Positions 12,461 through 25,736 of a stretch of DNA of 64,000 bases are shown here, piece by piece. The stretch lies in assembly GCF_018350175.1 (NCBI RefSeq), contig NC_058368.1, positions 144,152,001 to 144,216,000 on the forward strand. The letters run 5' to 3'. Both the position numbers and the translations under genes were made by a program. The notes beneath the pieces were generated by a model, which searched no databases, was not told where the DNA came from, and was given only the letters and a program-made list of their open reading frames with translations. Source of the DNA: Felis catus (Eukaryota). Position 1 is the stretch's first letter; the number at the start of each line of letters is the position of its first letter.

Positions 12461-14560
12461 TTTAAGTTACCAATAAAATAATTAGCAATAAAATCTGTTT
12501 TATGTTCAACCCTTGGTCCTTAGGCTACAATCCTTAGGCCAGGCCATCTTTTCCCTTGGGGGTAGGAGGTAGGCCTCTGTATCTGCTCTATATCCTAGCA
12601 GATGAATATTTCAGTGGTTCTCTTGGATTGGAGACTGAACCCTTCAGAGTTGAGAGGCCCAATTTTTTGGTCCCTCTGCACACTGACTTCTGTGATATTA
12701 CAAAAAGGCTGGAATTTTCTAAAATTTAGGAGATGCCTAGGATTCTTTTCTTGGACTTTGTAAATGGCTTAACAAATACAACAGCAGGGGCAGCAGTGAT
12801 ACTGGGTTATCCAGTTTTAGGACCGCTTCCTCAGAACCTAAGTGGGTAGATCCAAATCCTTTTGTGGAATTCAGAATTTCAAGACCATGAGGAACTGCTG
12901 TGTATTATAAGAAAGATGGACTTTGTTGAGGGTAGAGTTGGCATGGGGGCCTGAACATGGAGAAAATAAGTACTGCACTCTGAGAAGACACAGAACAGGC
13001 CTAATGGAGAGGCCAGTTGGGGTACCCTGACTTATAGACTTTGGGGCAGTCAGGACCAGGATCTAGATTTAAGTATCAGTGAAGATGGTTTGGGCCCAGT
13101 TCAAATGTTTTTACTAAATGGGTCTCTCTCTGTAAATGTATGTGTACATATATACATGCACACACACACAAACACACATGTACACACACACACACATGTA
13201 GTATCTCGCTCTTTCTCCCCCTCTCTCTCTATTCACATAACAAAGAAATCTGTGTTCACCTCATGGTCACGAAATGGCTGCTTAACTTCCAGGCATCATG
13301 TCCACATTCCAAAGCTGAAGAAGGGTAAGGGTTAAAGGGCAAAAGATGTACACTATCTGTATCTCTCCTGTTTTTTGTTTTTTGTTCTTGTTTTTTTTTT
13401 CTTTTTTCTTTTTTCAGTAAAACAATAGTTTTCCTTGGTACCTGACTCAATGATTTCCCCTTAAATTCACTGACCTGAACTGGGTCATATGGCTACCTCT
13501 GCTTGCCAGGGAAGCATGATTTTTTAGTGAATTTATTGAAATTACAATAAAATCAAGGTTATGTTGGTAAAAAAAAGACAGACTAACATAAGTTTTCTCC
13601 CTTTGACCCTGGACAATTACTTAACCTCTCGGTTTCCAGGTTTCCTCCTCTGGAAACTGGAAAACTGGTCCATAACTGTGCCTATCTCAGAGGATTATTA
13701 TGAAGATGAAATGAGTTAATTTTTATAAATCACACAGAATATAACACTATAAAAGTGTCTGTTAAATGCATTGATAAAGGGAAGAGTGTTCACTGGGTGG
13801 GGATGAGTAGGGCCTCCCATTAAGCATGGCTTTTCTGCATGGTAATTCTCTTCTGCAGTAACAGTCTCTTGAATGTTACAAGCTAATAGTAGCTCTACTT
13901 CAGGGATCATGGGGAGGGCTGCTGCCCTCACTTGGTGCAGGCAGTTGGCAGCAGCCTGGAAAAGCATTGCAAGGTGGTCTGTAGAGGGTGAGCCGGGGGC
14001 TAAACTCCTTAACGTCGCAAGGCACAAGAGTAGTAGCACAGCTGGAGCGGGGATACCGCTACCTTCCCCAGCATCCCTTACAGCTACTGTGACCATGTGA
14101 GTCGGCTTTTGCCAATAGAGTGAGTGGAAGTGAAATGTGTGAAAGGAAAACCCCTGGCCTTTGCCTTCTGCTCCTCTCCCATCCAATGACAGTGATGGCC
14201 ATGCTGGAGCTCCTCTGTGAAGCTGCCAGGAAGCCTGTATCCCCGAATGACTGAGTGATACAGGCCCACCGGTTGACCTAGAACACCTACACTGAACTAT
14301 TATATGAGAAAGAAAGAAATTTCTATTTTTGTTTGAGCCACTGCATTTGGGACTTATTCATTCCAGCCTTTTACCTCAACTAATACATTACTATCATAAT
14401 TTAAACTATTTAGGAAATAACAAAGACTACCTATGCAGAGGGGAATTGAGAGGTTGGGGTATAGTGATGGGAGGGAGTTTCGTTTTATTTTTACTCCATC
14501 TCTACAGTTGCTGAAATTTGAACCATATAAATGTAATACTCAAAATCTTAAAAAATTTCA

Positions 14561-14770
14561 GGGGTGCCTGGGTGGCTCAGCAGGTTAAGCATCTGACTTC
14601 GGCTGGGGTCACGATCTTGTGGGTTCATGGATTTGGGCCGGGCGTGGACTCTGTGCTGACAGCTCAGAGCCTGGAGCCTGCTTTGGATTCTGTGTCTCCC
14701 TCTCTCTCTGCCCCTCCCCTGCTCACACTCTGTCTCTCACTCTCAAAAATCAATAAACATTAAAAAAAAC
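14561..14770 (+). mobile_element. CanSINE
   Basis: GGGGTGCCTGGGTGGCTCAG head, (CT)n and A tail. Confidence 0.9.
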
Positions 14771-16203
14771 TATTTAATAAAAAAGTAAAAAATTTCAATC
14801 CAACTTCAATTGAAACAGCTTAAAAAAATATTTAGTTAACTAGAGATGTCGATCCTTCACCACAGTGGTTTGTCATTGATTGGCACTCAACCAGCACTTG
14901 ATTCCCCTATCCATGAATCCTATGAGCAGGGAGAGGAGAAAGGTGGGGGGTAAAGCTGGCAGAAAGGAGCAGCCAGGTGAATTCGTGAGTGGGAGGCAGA
15001 CTTGCCTGTCTCCACCCAAGACCTCTCATCTGGGTGCCGGCGATTGGACTCCTCATCCCCCAATTGGACTGGGCATCAGCATGAAGGAGGTGATCCCTGC
15101 ATGCAGATTAATGCCACTTCCATTTCCTGAGCATCCTATGTGCCAAGATGGTATCTTTTAATAGGAGGCACTCCGAGAGGCTTGTCCCGAATGTTTGCTT
15201 GGATGAGCAAGGTGACATTTTGTACCATTTGAAGGAGCATTCAGTTTTCATCTCTGTGACCTGAGTTGACTTTTCCTGCCTCCTATGTTTTATGTTGGCC
15301 TGAAAGAATGGCTTATTATTTTTCCAATTGATGATTTCCAACAAAACTCCCATTTAAGAGACAAAAGGAAAGGGGCAGTATAATATTGAGTGACTTTCTC
15401 CTTTGGGACACAACAGAAGTTACTTATTTAATGTGGAGCTAGGGAGGGCATTGTGTGATTGATAGTTCAGAATTTTCTCAAAATCTAATGAATATTTGAA
15501 ATGATCATTTTATTCTTGCTTTTTGTTTTCTTTTACCATACAATGGCTCCTTTTATAAGCACTGCCCCTGGGAAAACACTGATGGTATTTTCCCCTCCTA
15601 GGTGCCCTTGAACTCAGTGTATTTTTCCCAGGAGAGTTTCTCAGTTGAAATATTTGGTAAATTAGTAACAGAAAAAGGAATCAAATACTTTCAGAAATCA
15701 CTTTTTAATAGTTTGAAAGTTAAAACATTAAAAAACTAATATACTGTTGGTACCAATTTAATGATCTCAGTTTAATCCTCCCCTTTGGTTCTCAGTTGCC
15801 CACCAGACTAAGCTTCATGCTGGTCCCTGAGGGTCCCTCATACATCGGCCACAGGCCTTCCTAGCCTTACTACCCGGCATTCCCTGTGGGATTCATCCAG
15901 AGCCACAGCCAGACTGGGTGCTGCTGGTTCCTGGGTGCACGCGGCCCACGACTCTCCCCTCAGATGCCATCTTGTCATGAAGTAACTTTCCCCTTCCACC
16001 AGAGGCTGCAACCACACTTTGTGGATTTGGGTCCATGTCGCGTGGAGTTAGTGGCACAGGGCTGATCTTAACCATCTTTGCAGTTCTGCAGCCTCTGACC
16101 TGGCCCCGGCACATAGTAGATGCTTATGAGTGTGAACTTCACTGAGGGGCTAAAGAAACAAACCAAGGCCAGACACATCTCTGTCAAAAAATGTGCGCTC
16201 TGA

Positions 16204-16540
16204 CAGGGCTGACAAACCACAACCCATGGGCCAAGTCTAGCTGCTGCTTTTTTTTTTTTTTTTACAAGGCTCATGAAATAAGAATGCTTTCATATTTTTA
16301 CATGGTTGAAAACAATCAAAAGAAGTAGAATATTTCATGACATTTGAGAATGACACAAAATTGAAATTTTAGTACTCATAAATCAAGTTTTATTGGAACC
16401 CAGCCACACCATTAGTTTACATCTTGGTTGTTTCTGTCTTCCCACTTTCACAGCAGAGTTGAGCCGTTGCAACAGTGATCATATGGCCAACAAAACTTGA
16501 AATATTCACTGTCACTTTACAGAAAGTTTGCCAGCCCCTG
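16204..16540. mobile_element. MER58-like hAT-Charlie MITE
   Basis: Terminal inverted repeats CAGGGCTGACAAAC ... GTTTGCCAGCCCCTG. Confidence 0.75.
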
Positions 16541-17120
16541 CTTTATAGGCAGAGGTCTTTGAAATGGAAATGTTTGTTTTTGGTCTCTTCCAAATCTATG
16601 GTTGTGCTAGAAGCATAAATGGCTATTATTTCTCTGTTTTTAAAATACTATTTACCATTTCAAAATTTTCTGAGTAACTGCCCTGTGTATAATAAACCAG
16701 AAGTATTCATTTCCTGTCACCCTCAAGAACATTCAATAGAGGTGCATTCAGTACAGGTGGGAGGTGGCTCTCTGGAGATATGGTGACAAGCAAGATAAAC
16801 AGACTCTCTCCCCTTGTGCTGTTGACTCTAATGTGTGGAAAATTCAACAATCCATAATATAAAGTATGATCATTGTTTTGATAGAGAAGTTAGAAGGCAC
16901 TCAGAAAACAGAAGGCAAGAATACCTTAGCTTGTTTAGGTAGCATCAGGGGAGACTTCTCAGAGGAGGTGACATTTTCAGTGAGACCCGAAGGATAAGTA
17001 GGTATCATATCAGTGAAGAGTCTTTTACGTGGAGGGAGACAAGCTTCAATCTTATTTAAGCTACTGTTATTTGAGGGTCTCTGTTACATGCATGCAAACC
17101 TGTATCATAACGAATACATC

Positions 17121-17233
17121 TTTTTTTTTTAAAGATTTTATTTTTAGGTAATCTCTACACCCAATGTGGGGCTCGAGCTCACCCCAAGACTGAGAGTTTC
17201 ATGCTCTACTGACTGAGCCGGGCAGGCGCCCCC
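17121..17233 (-). mobile_element. Short CanSINE variant
   Basis: Reverse-complement SINE head GGGCAGGCGCCCC and poly(T). Confidence 0.8.
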
Positions 17234-20200
17234 GTTCTTCATACCAGAACAGACACTTCCTTAAGCAGTTGGCAGGACCTGCTTCTCCTGTGGGAAAGGG
17301 AGTCAGAGCCCCCGGGTCGCCCAGTGCAGGGAGGAACTTTGCGTTCCAGGATATGGGACTCTGGGATGCTGGCTGCTTATTTCTCTTTAGGGAGGTTTTC
17401 TTTGGCCTCTGAATATCTTAAAAACGTAACAAAAGCAGAAGGCCTCTTATGTGCTGATACCACTGCATTTTGTCAGACAAGTTTCTCTCTGAGTTCACTG
17501 TTCGTTCTGGAAGACTGTCTCAATCCTTGAGCTCCTTGGCAAAACTGTCTTCCCATCTCTTTTCTACACCGCCCTTCCACATTGGCCGTGGAAGGGGTCC
17601 CACCTAATGGCAGCAATCTCGTGGAAGCCTGCTTGCCACTTTGTTTTCAGGGTGGAAGAATTGTTTCTGAGGCTTAATGGATTTACTTTGGAAGGAGGCT
17701 GAGAGGACTTAGCTCTAGTGTCTCTGCTGACATTTGTCACCGAAATTTCAAGTCACTCAGCCATCCCAGCTGATCTATAAAGCCAGGACAATACAACATC
17801 TTAGGGAAATTAACACCATCTCTGTGAGGAACTTTAGACCAGGACTAAATGCCAGATATTATTTTTTACTTTAAAAATCAATGACAGTGTGTGCTCAGAA
17901 TGAAGATGTGCTTGCTTCTTCCTTCCAGTGATTCATTGTTCATTCCAAGTACTCGCTTTGTCATCCAGAGGAGCCATGTAAATAGGAAAAGGCAGCTCAA
18001 TAAATAGTCAGTATCCTGATGAATATGGTTTCATTAACTGGACCAATCACTGATTCACATAAATCAATGAAGTGATCAAATAATGATGGAATAATCTATC
18101 AGCTGTAAACCTCTCAAGAACATAATCAACCTCTTACAAATGCCTCCAAGATGTGTTAAATTTATAATCACAAGTGAGAAAAGTGTGTAGTTAACATTTG
18201 TCATTTTGGTTGTCCAGCATCCCAAAACTCCTCCTATTTGGGTGAGTGCAAGAAAAATGGAGCCCAGGATCAGGTGTACCACTCTGGAAGGTGAAGAGGA
18301 GCAGATAATCCTGCTTTCGACTCCTTGGACCTGTGTATAGACATTTGACCAAGGCTCAGCCAATCAGAGACTCTTCCCAAGACTTTGGCCCTTCAGGGAG
18401 TGATAACAAAGTCAGTGATAGTCAAAGATCATTCAGAGTGACTGGGTGGAATTAAGACTTCAGTGAATGGTGACACGTATCCAGGGCTGATGGTGCCAGT
18501 GCCAGCACCCTATACTGACTGAACCTCTGGTGGGGTATTGACTGAGCCACATCGCCCTGAATTCCTGTTTCCAAGATGAACTGTCCAATCTTCCAGTATC
18601 TTTCCAATAAATTTCTTTTTTGCATCAGTTAGCCAACATTGGTTTTATTATTTGCAAAAACACTGGCTGTTTCATATGCTGTGTGAGAATAATACACATG
18701 CTATTATTCTGTACCTGGTCCAGTTCTAGACCAGGAAGAATTAATTTTAAAACAACAGTTACTTTAAGGGTCCAACTGACAGGAAAGCATGTATTTTACA
18801 AAGAATGTTGAGTTGTAACATGTTTGTTCAGTGCACTTAATTGCTGCTCACTCTTTGAAAGGACAAAGGACCAATCAGAAACAGGCCACAGTCTCCAAGA
18901 GCCTGACAGAAAGGCAGTGGTATTTTAGAATTCAAAGGGACCTTTGAAACCATCTCAGCCAAACCCCTCATTTTACAAATAAGAAAATTGAGATTCAGGC
19001 TGGCCAAATGATTTACCCCAAATTGCATAGCCAATTATGGAAGAGCAGGGATTGTAATCAGTCACCCACTCCTGGAGAATTGTTTTATTTGGCAGGAAAG
19101 ACAGGCAGGGTGAAGAAGGGAGTGGCAAAGAGAGGTATCTAGTTTGCAGAACTGGGATCACGAAGTGTGTTTGGTCGCAAGGCCAGGGCAGTCACAGGAC
19201 CGGATCGTGAGATCAGAGGGTTCCCACATAGAAAAGCTGGCTGCCTGTTGAGATGCTGCTGGAATGCAGGGTTGGCTAACAGCATAGTCTCAGAGCTAGA
19301 GCCAAACATGAATCTCTCCTCTCATCCCTGAAATGTGTAGACAAGGAATCTAAGTGTTTAAACACTTAAAAAAAAAGAAAAGAAAAGAAAAGAAAACCCT
19401 ATTGGAACTTGTCACTTTTTCTGAAACTCTGATGAATATAGCTGTCACTCCTGAAAATTTGATTCCCTCTTTTTTTGGTCTTTATTCTGACATGCCTAGT
19501 AGAATCTCATTGCAATTGGACCTGTCACCAGTCGGTGACACTATCTAGTTCTTAGGTAGATTTATCACTTCAGTTTGAGGTGTTTGCTTTACTTGTTGTG
19601 GGGCAGATATTAGTTATATGGACACTCCCACTCCCCAAAAGAATTAATAAACTATTTGGGAGGACGGAATTTGACTCATTTAGGCTTGAAAATCAACATG
19701 TAAAATAAATGTGCTTTCTCAAGCATCACTGCATGATACAGCATGCTTTCCGTGTTACGTTATTGACAGATGGGATGTCAATAAAAAAGGTACATCAAAG
19801 CACTGATGTACCTTAGGATAACTCATCTCTTCTGTATGCAATAGCCATTTAGAATTGCTTTTTGTTTATCATTTGATATATGCCCAATATGGATCTTCTT
19901 ACTCTGTTTTAAACTTACATTGCTGCATGAGCAAAGGATCTGCAATGAAAAACAAAAAACTGTTTCCAAACCAAGCTGGTGATCCTGCAGGGAATGGGGG
20001 TGTTCCAGAACAGAGAAAACTAGAGAATGCATGCAAAACTGGGACAAGCCTTAGTGGGAAAAGTCCGGCCCATGTTATGCCAGGACAAAGGAGAGTTGAA
20101 ACAAGAACCATTTCTGCAAGGCTGAGGTTGTAGCTCCTAGTTAACAAATATGGAAGGAAGAAAGAAAACTAAGAAGTGATCACCTGGTTAATATAAAATA

Positions 20201-20388
20201 TTAAAAAAACTTTTTTTAAACTTTGAAAATATTTGGTGAGCATTTTTACAATGTAAAATAGCAGTGTGGTGAAAATAACTAATTGTTACATTCTGCATTA
20301 AAGTAATATTTAGGTGATAATAACTAATCATGGTACAATAGGATTATTTGATGGTTTGTGGATTTAAGTTAAGGATGTTCTATTTCTT

Positions 20389-20504
20389 TTTGTTTTTTAA
20401 TTAAATTTACATTGGGTTGAAGGTAGGAAATATGAGACTCTTTTTTTAAAGTTTATTTATTCATTTTGAGAAAGAGAGAGTGAGAGTGTGCATGAACATA
20501 GGGC

Positions 20505-20573
<69 letters not shown>

Positions 20574-20694
20574 CCCAAGCAGGCTCTGTGCTATCAGTGC
20601 AGAGCCTGATGGGGGCTCAATCTCACGAACCATGAAATCATGACCCGAGCCAAAACCAAGAGTTGGAGGCTTAACTGACTGAGCTCAGTGCTCC
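20389..20694 (-). mobile_element. CanSINE with expanded (GA)n and an extra 3' unique segment inside the TSD
   Basis: 18-bp TSD AAGGATGTTCTATTTCTT at 20371-20388 and 20695-20712. Confidence 0.9.
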
Positions 20695-20912
20695 AAGGAT
20701 GTTCTATTTCTTAAAGAATGGGGAGATTAAGAACTAGAAAATTACTAAGAATTAATATCCCTTTCAGTTTTGTTTCCAACTCAAAGGAAATCATTTTAAG
20801 GCAGGAAATGTTAAAATGAACTATAAGGCATTCATACCAATGTCATAGAATCCGTATCTTCAAATTCTGTGGAAAAATACCTGTGTGTCAAGTCTCCTTG
20901 AAAAAGAATACC

Positions 20913-20944
<32 letters not shown>
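20913..20944 (+). repeat. (TTG)n microsatellite
   Basis: Read directly. Confidence 0.9.
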
Positions 20945-23830
20945 AGAACCCTTTCTAGTGGCTGAGTTTTAAGTGTTCCTTGACCCCAGTTAAGACTGAT
21001 TATGTTTGTGACTAGGTAAGAGAGTTCACCCAGAATATTACCAAAGCCATACTTGGTGCAGTTTTCAAGATCTTATGCAAAGTAAGACAGGGATTGAATT
21101 CTAATTTGCAAAGACTAGGAAGATGTTTCCAAGATCCTAATAGATTCTGGTTTGCCAACTTGACTAGCATTCTGTAAGGAGTTCCTTAGTGTGGATGCAG
21201 TTGCCCCTGGGCAGGTCATTTCTTGGAAATGGACTGGATGCATTCCTTCTTCTAATCCCTTGCTTGCCTATTTTGTCCCTCTTCTCCACTCCACATTTCT
21301 AAATCTTACAGCTCCTTGGAAACCCAGGGGACCTCCTCCACGAAACCTGTGCTGACCATCTTAACCACTATGGCATACTCCTTTTGTGAGCTCCTATAAT
21401 ATCTTAAGTAGTAGTCATTTGATCCTTAGTTTGCACGTGGACTACTCTTTATGTGCCTTCTTAGTAAAATGCCAGGCTCTTTAATGTTCAGGGTCACATC
21501 TCCCACCTCTCAATCGCCAACAGTGCCACCTCAGTGTAGGCAATGAGCACTGGATGACTGATTGACAGCCCTACTCAGCATGGTGGCTTATTTTAAATTC
21601 TGCAGAGAGAAAAAAAAAAAAACCCAGCGTGCAGAGAAAGAGGGCTGCCTTCAGATTTCCAAATCCAAACTCAGCCTGAGGCTCATGTTGGGATTCCCTG
21701 TTAGCTTATGTTGACATGAGAAGGCATCTATTACTTGTCTTACAAAGACACGTGGACCTGACAGAATGACATAAAGTTCTGGAATGTGGTTGTAAAAGGC
21801 AATGTATAACTTCTCAGGTGATCACTGATTTGAACAGGAAGCCTTGGGAGCACTGCAATTGACTAAATGACTCAGAAAGCTTTTACTGAGAGTCTTAAAT
21901 GTAGGGCAAGGAATGGGAATATAGCAGATGCTTTCAGTACTGATGTTACATCCCCTTGAGCCACCTCTAATTTCGGTCAGGCCCCATCACCTAATAGTGA
22001 CATTGAGAATGTATCCTTTAAATAATTTTCATCCTTTCCTGCTTTATTCTCTCATTTCTGCTTCTTAGGATCACATCCCAAATAAATTACTTGTTTCTAG
22101 ACCTTGTTTAGGCTTTGTGTTAGGGGGAACTTGAGCTAAGAGAGAGAGATATATAGGATATGGTACTTGCCCTTAAGGATCTTATAAGTTTAGATGGAGT
22201 ATTTGGACACATATTCTTGGATACAATAACATGAAAATAAAAGGCAGATTTCAATTTAATGACACACAAGTAGTACAGAGTCTAGTCCATTATGACTGAT
22301 ACAGATTTTATGAAATTTAGTAATAATTCTTCCAGCTCTGATAGTTCTAACTAGGAAGACTTGGTTCTTCCAGAATTATTATCTTTTGATATTTTATTAA
22401 TCTCATATCTTACTAAAGCATTCTGTTCTTAGCTGAATATGAAGACGTGGGATTGGGTACATTTTGTACTATATCCTTGGTGATCTGTAATTATATCCTG
22501 TCATTCAAATGCTAGTCTATTCAACTTTACAGAGCTTAAACATCCCTTAACATTTTACTTCTCCTAATACTAAATGGAACACTTAGGTGTTCACAAAATT
22601 ATCCTGGAACATGTCATGAGAATAAACAAAATGAATTGAAGTTATCATTTTGTACTTGGGGCCAATTATTTTAAAGGAAAAAGACAGGGAACTTAATTTT
22701 TTCACTGCAAGACTAATATAGCACTATTTTTGAAAATTGGGAGGTGAATAAATACATCATTGATAGAAATATATATAGAATATATCAAAACTTGTTATTG
22801 TAATTTTGTAAATTTTTATGATTGACCATATTATAGATACATTTTTAACACAATTGTAGCACTCATAAATTTTGTATTAAATTCTATATGGAGCCAATTT
22901 TGGAGCTTTAAGAAGTCATTTTGAGAAATTTTCTGGTCACATATACTACTTTGGGATTATAGGCTGTCACTATCTACCAAACAGAGTTCGGTCCCCTTTC
23001 TTGAGTCACCTATGTCTTCTAGTCTCTTTTAGATAAGGGAATCTTGGTTGCCATGTTTATAAAGGAAGTCATAAAATTTCTTAAGATATCAAGCTTTTAA
23101 AATATTGCAATGATTTTTTTAAAGCTTTGTTGAAGAGAAATATGTGTCCTGAAAGCAGGACATTGCTTGGATTTGCATTTCAGAGTCCAGGCAAGACCTT
23201 TCTTTCCTGCTAGATTTTAATTTTTTTCCAAGCCTTATGATAATAAGAATTTGTCTTCAGAGATGATGGTAGGCCTTAGTTTTGGTCTTTTACATTTATT
23301 TTTCCTATGCTTTCAGTGATTTTTTACTATGAATACTCTTGTCCTTCAATTCTAGGGACTTTCACGATTTCTTTGATACTTTATTTGTTTCCATTTTCTC
23401 TATTCTACTTTTTGGATCTTGTATTTTTGGCATATTAATCCTCTTGGATTAATCATGTGTATAATTTCTCTCCTATTATGAAACTTTTTGTCTTTTCTGC
23501 TTTTGGCAGGGTTTTCTCAGATTTATCTTTGAACTTTATAAGAGATTTCTTTCATTACTAACATATTTAAATTTTTTATTTATTAGTTAATTTTTAACAA
23601 CTGAGACTTACTGAAAATATCAAAAGAAAGCACTTCATACACACAGCTGCCAACAGAAATAGGCAGCTCAGTAGGATAATAAAAAGTGGCTTATCAGGCT
23701 GTTTGTTGAATGGAGTATGCCACTAAGGACGCTTAAGCGTAGCCATGATACCTTTTTTGTTATTGTTGAGAACTAACATCATATTTTTTAACTTCCAAGA
23801 ACTCTTTTTTGGCATCTGAATATTCTTTTT

Positions 23831-24051
23831 TTTTTTTAATTTTTTTTTCAACATTTATTTATTTTTGGGACAGAGAGAGACAGAGCATGAACAGGGGAGG
23901 GGCAGAGAGAGAGGGAGACGCAGAATCGGAAACAGGCTCCAGGCTCCGAGCCATCAGCCCAGAGCCTGACGCGGGGCTCGAACTCACGGACCGCGAGATC
24001 GTGACCTGGCTGAAGTCGGACGCTTAACCGACTGCGCCACCCAGGCGCCCC
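23831..24051 (-). mobile_element. Young felid CanSINE (SINEC_Fc-like)
   Basis: CpG-intact body; perfect TSD CTGAATATTCTTTTT at 23816-23830 and 24052-24066. Confidence 0.94.
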
Positions 24052-24329
24052 CTGAATATTCTTTTTCTATAGCATCACTCTTTTATTTCACAGATACGTT
24101 ATCTAGTTTAACCTAAGGCTATTATTAATAAGATCATTTTGAAATTCTCTTCTTTTCATTTTCTCTGAGTTCATATTTTCCACCTCACACTCTCACAACT
24201 TTAAATCTAGTGGAAGAGAGTCTTCAAAAATATAAGCAAAATTCCCAGAGTTTGATTTTATGGCCTCTGATTGGCACAACTTGGGCTACTTGCTCATTAT
24301 TGAACCAGTTATTGTGTAGGGCAATGCAG

Positions 24330-24520
24330 CTTTTTTTAAGTGTATTTATTTATTTTCAGAGAGAGAGAGAGAGAGAGAGGGAGCGAGACAGAGAGAGAGA
24401 GAGCAGGCTCCCTGCTGCCAGCACTGAGCCCAATGCAGGGCTCAAACCCAGGAACTGTGAGATCATGACTTGAGCCGAAATCAGGAGTCAGTAGCTTAAC
24501 AGACTGTGCCACTCAGGCAA
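24330..24520 (-). mobile_element. CanSINE
   Basis: Reverse-complement SINE with (GA)n. Confidence 0.85.
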
Positions 24521-25579
24521 CATTTGGAGATGTCATTTTCATGGTTGGTTGGGAGCGGATCAATGTTCTTCCCCTAGAACTAGACAGAGATCAGCTGTGT
24601 TAGAACTGAAAGTGAGAGATGAGTAATTTTCAAAGAAAACGAGGAGGTTGTTTCTAGGAAGAGAGTCCATGGATATCAGATGGCCGAAAAGTAAGACACA
24701 TTCAGTAAAGCTCCTGGCATAGGGGTTTCCTCACAACAACCTGGCCCAGAGCTCAAAAAGCCAGTGTCTGAATTCCTGCAGTGACCAGTTACTCACAATT
24801 TCAAGGAATCCAGTTAATATCCAGACGATACTACTTTTTAAGGAAGTCTTACATTATGCCAAACCCTAGCTTCCTTCAGCTGTCATCTGTGATGGCTGCA
24901 CCTTGGAGTTATGTGAAGGCAGCACTTATGTTCCCAGGTCTTTCTTTTCAGACTCAGCGTCTCATGTTGCTATAGCTCTTCCTCACCTGACAGCATTTTG
25001 AATCCTTTTTCTATCTTAGATCTTCTCTTTTTTCCTCTAGTTTTGTGCATTTTGCTGTAGCATGAGCAGTCTAGAGTACAGAGTACCATCAGGCAGTACA
25101 ATTGATTCAAATTGGTTTCTGAATGTAATCTAAGATCAAGTAAACAATTTCATTTATTCACTTAATATGTACTGAGCTATCACTATAATGATTCTTAAAC
25201 CTCTGATGCACACTAGAGCCACTAAAGAAACTTGAAAATCCTTGCAGTGGAGCTCACAGGTCCACACCCTGCCCTAGCTGCGGTCCCCATCCAGGGCGCT
25301 CGCTGTCAGAGTAATTTATTGTGGCGCTTGAGGCCACAAGTGTAAGTATCTTAAGCTCAAGAAGAAGTTAGAAGATGATGTCCCCAAATGCCTGGACATC
25401 TGCGGCGAGGGGACTCCCCAGGCCACATGCTTCTTTGAAGTGATGGTACCAAGGAAGTTGGTTCACTCCAAGAAGAGAGGTGATGGCTACATGGACAAGG
25501 AGAGCAAATTTCTGAAGCTGGTGGTCGCCATGAAAGCCAGCTTGGCTCAGGGCTAATGTGCCCTGAAGGCAGAGTCCAG

Positions 25580-25670
25580 TGCCCTTGGGCCAGACGCTTC
25601 AAGATGGGAAGGACTGAAATGTCTTGTGGGTGCATGGTCTCTTTCCCTGATGTCCCTGTGGCTGCTGGGT
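25580..25670 (+). other. Degenerate SECIS element of the SELENOW retrocopy
   Basis: CTTC-AAGA-TGGGAAGGACTG-AAA-TGTCTTGTGGGTGCATGGTCTCTTTCCC-TGAT: helix II, apical AAA (25617-19) and the 3' GA are kept, but the 5' core reads AAGA instead of ATGA. Confidence 0.85.
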
Positions 25671-25691
25671 GGGGGCAGAGACAAACCCTGG

Positions 25692-25694
<3 letters not shown>

Positions 25695-25733
<39 letters not shown>
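25695..25733 (+). repeat. (GT)n microsatellite within the SELENOW retrocopy 3'UTR
   Basis: Read directly. Confidence 0.95.

Positions 25734-25736
<3 letters not shown>

Noticed and set aside
19855..20133. 92-aa ORF in A-rich, coding-looking sequence
   Set aside because: I recognised no protein in any frame and saw no clear splice signals, poly(A) or TSD. A BLASTX search would be needed to exclude a decayed retrocopy or transposase.
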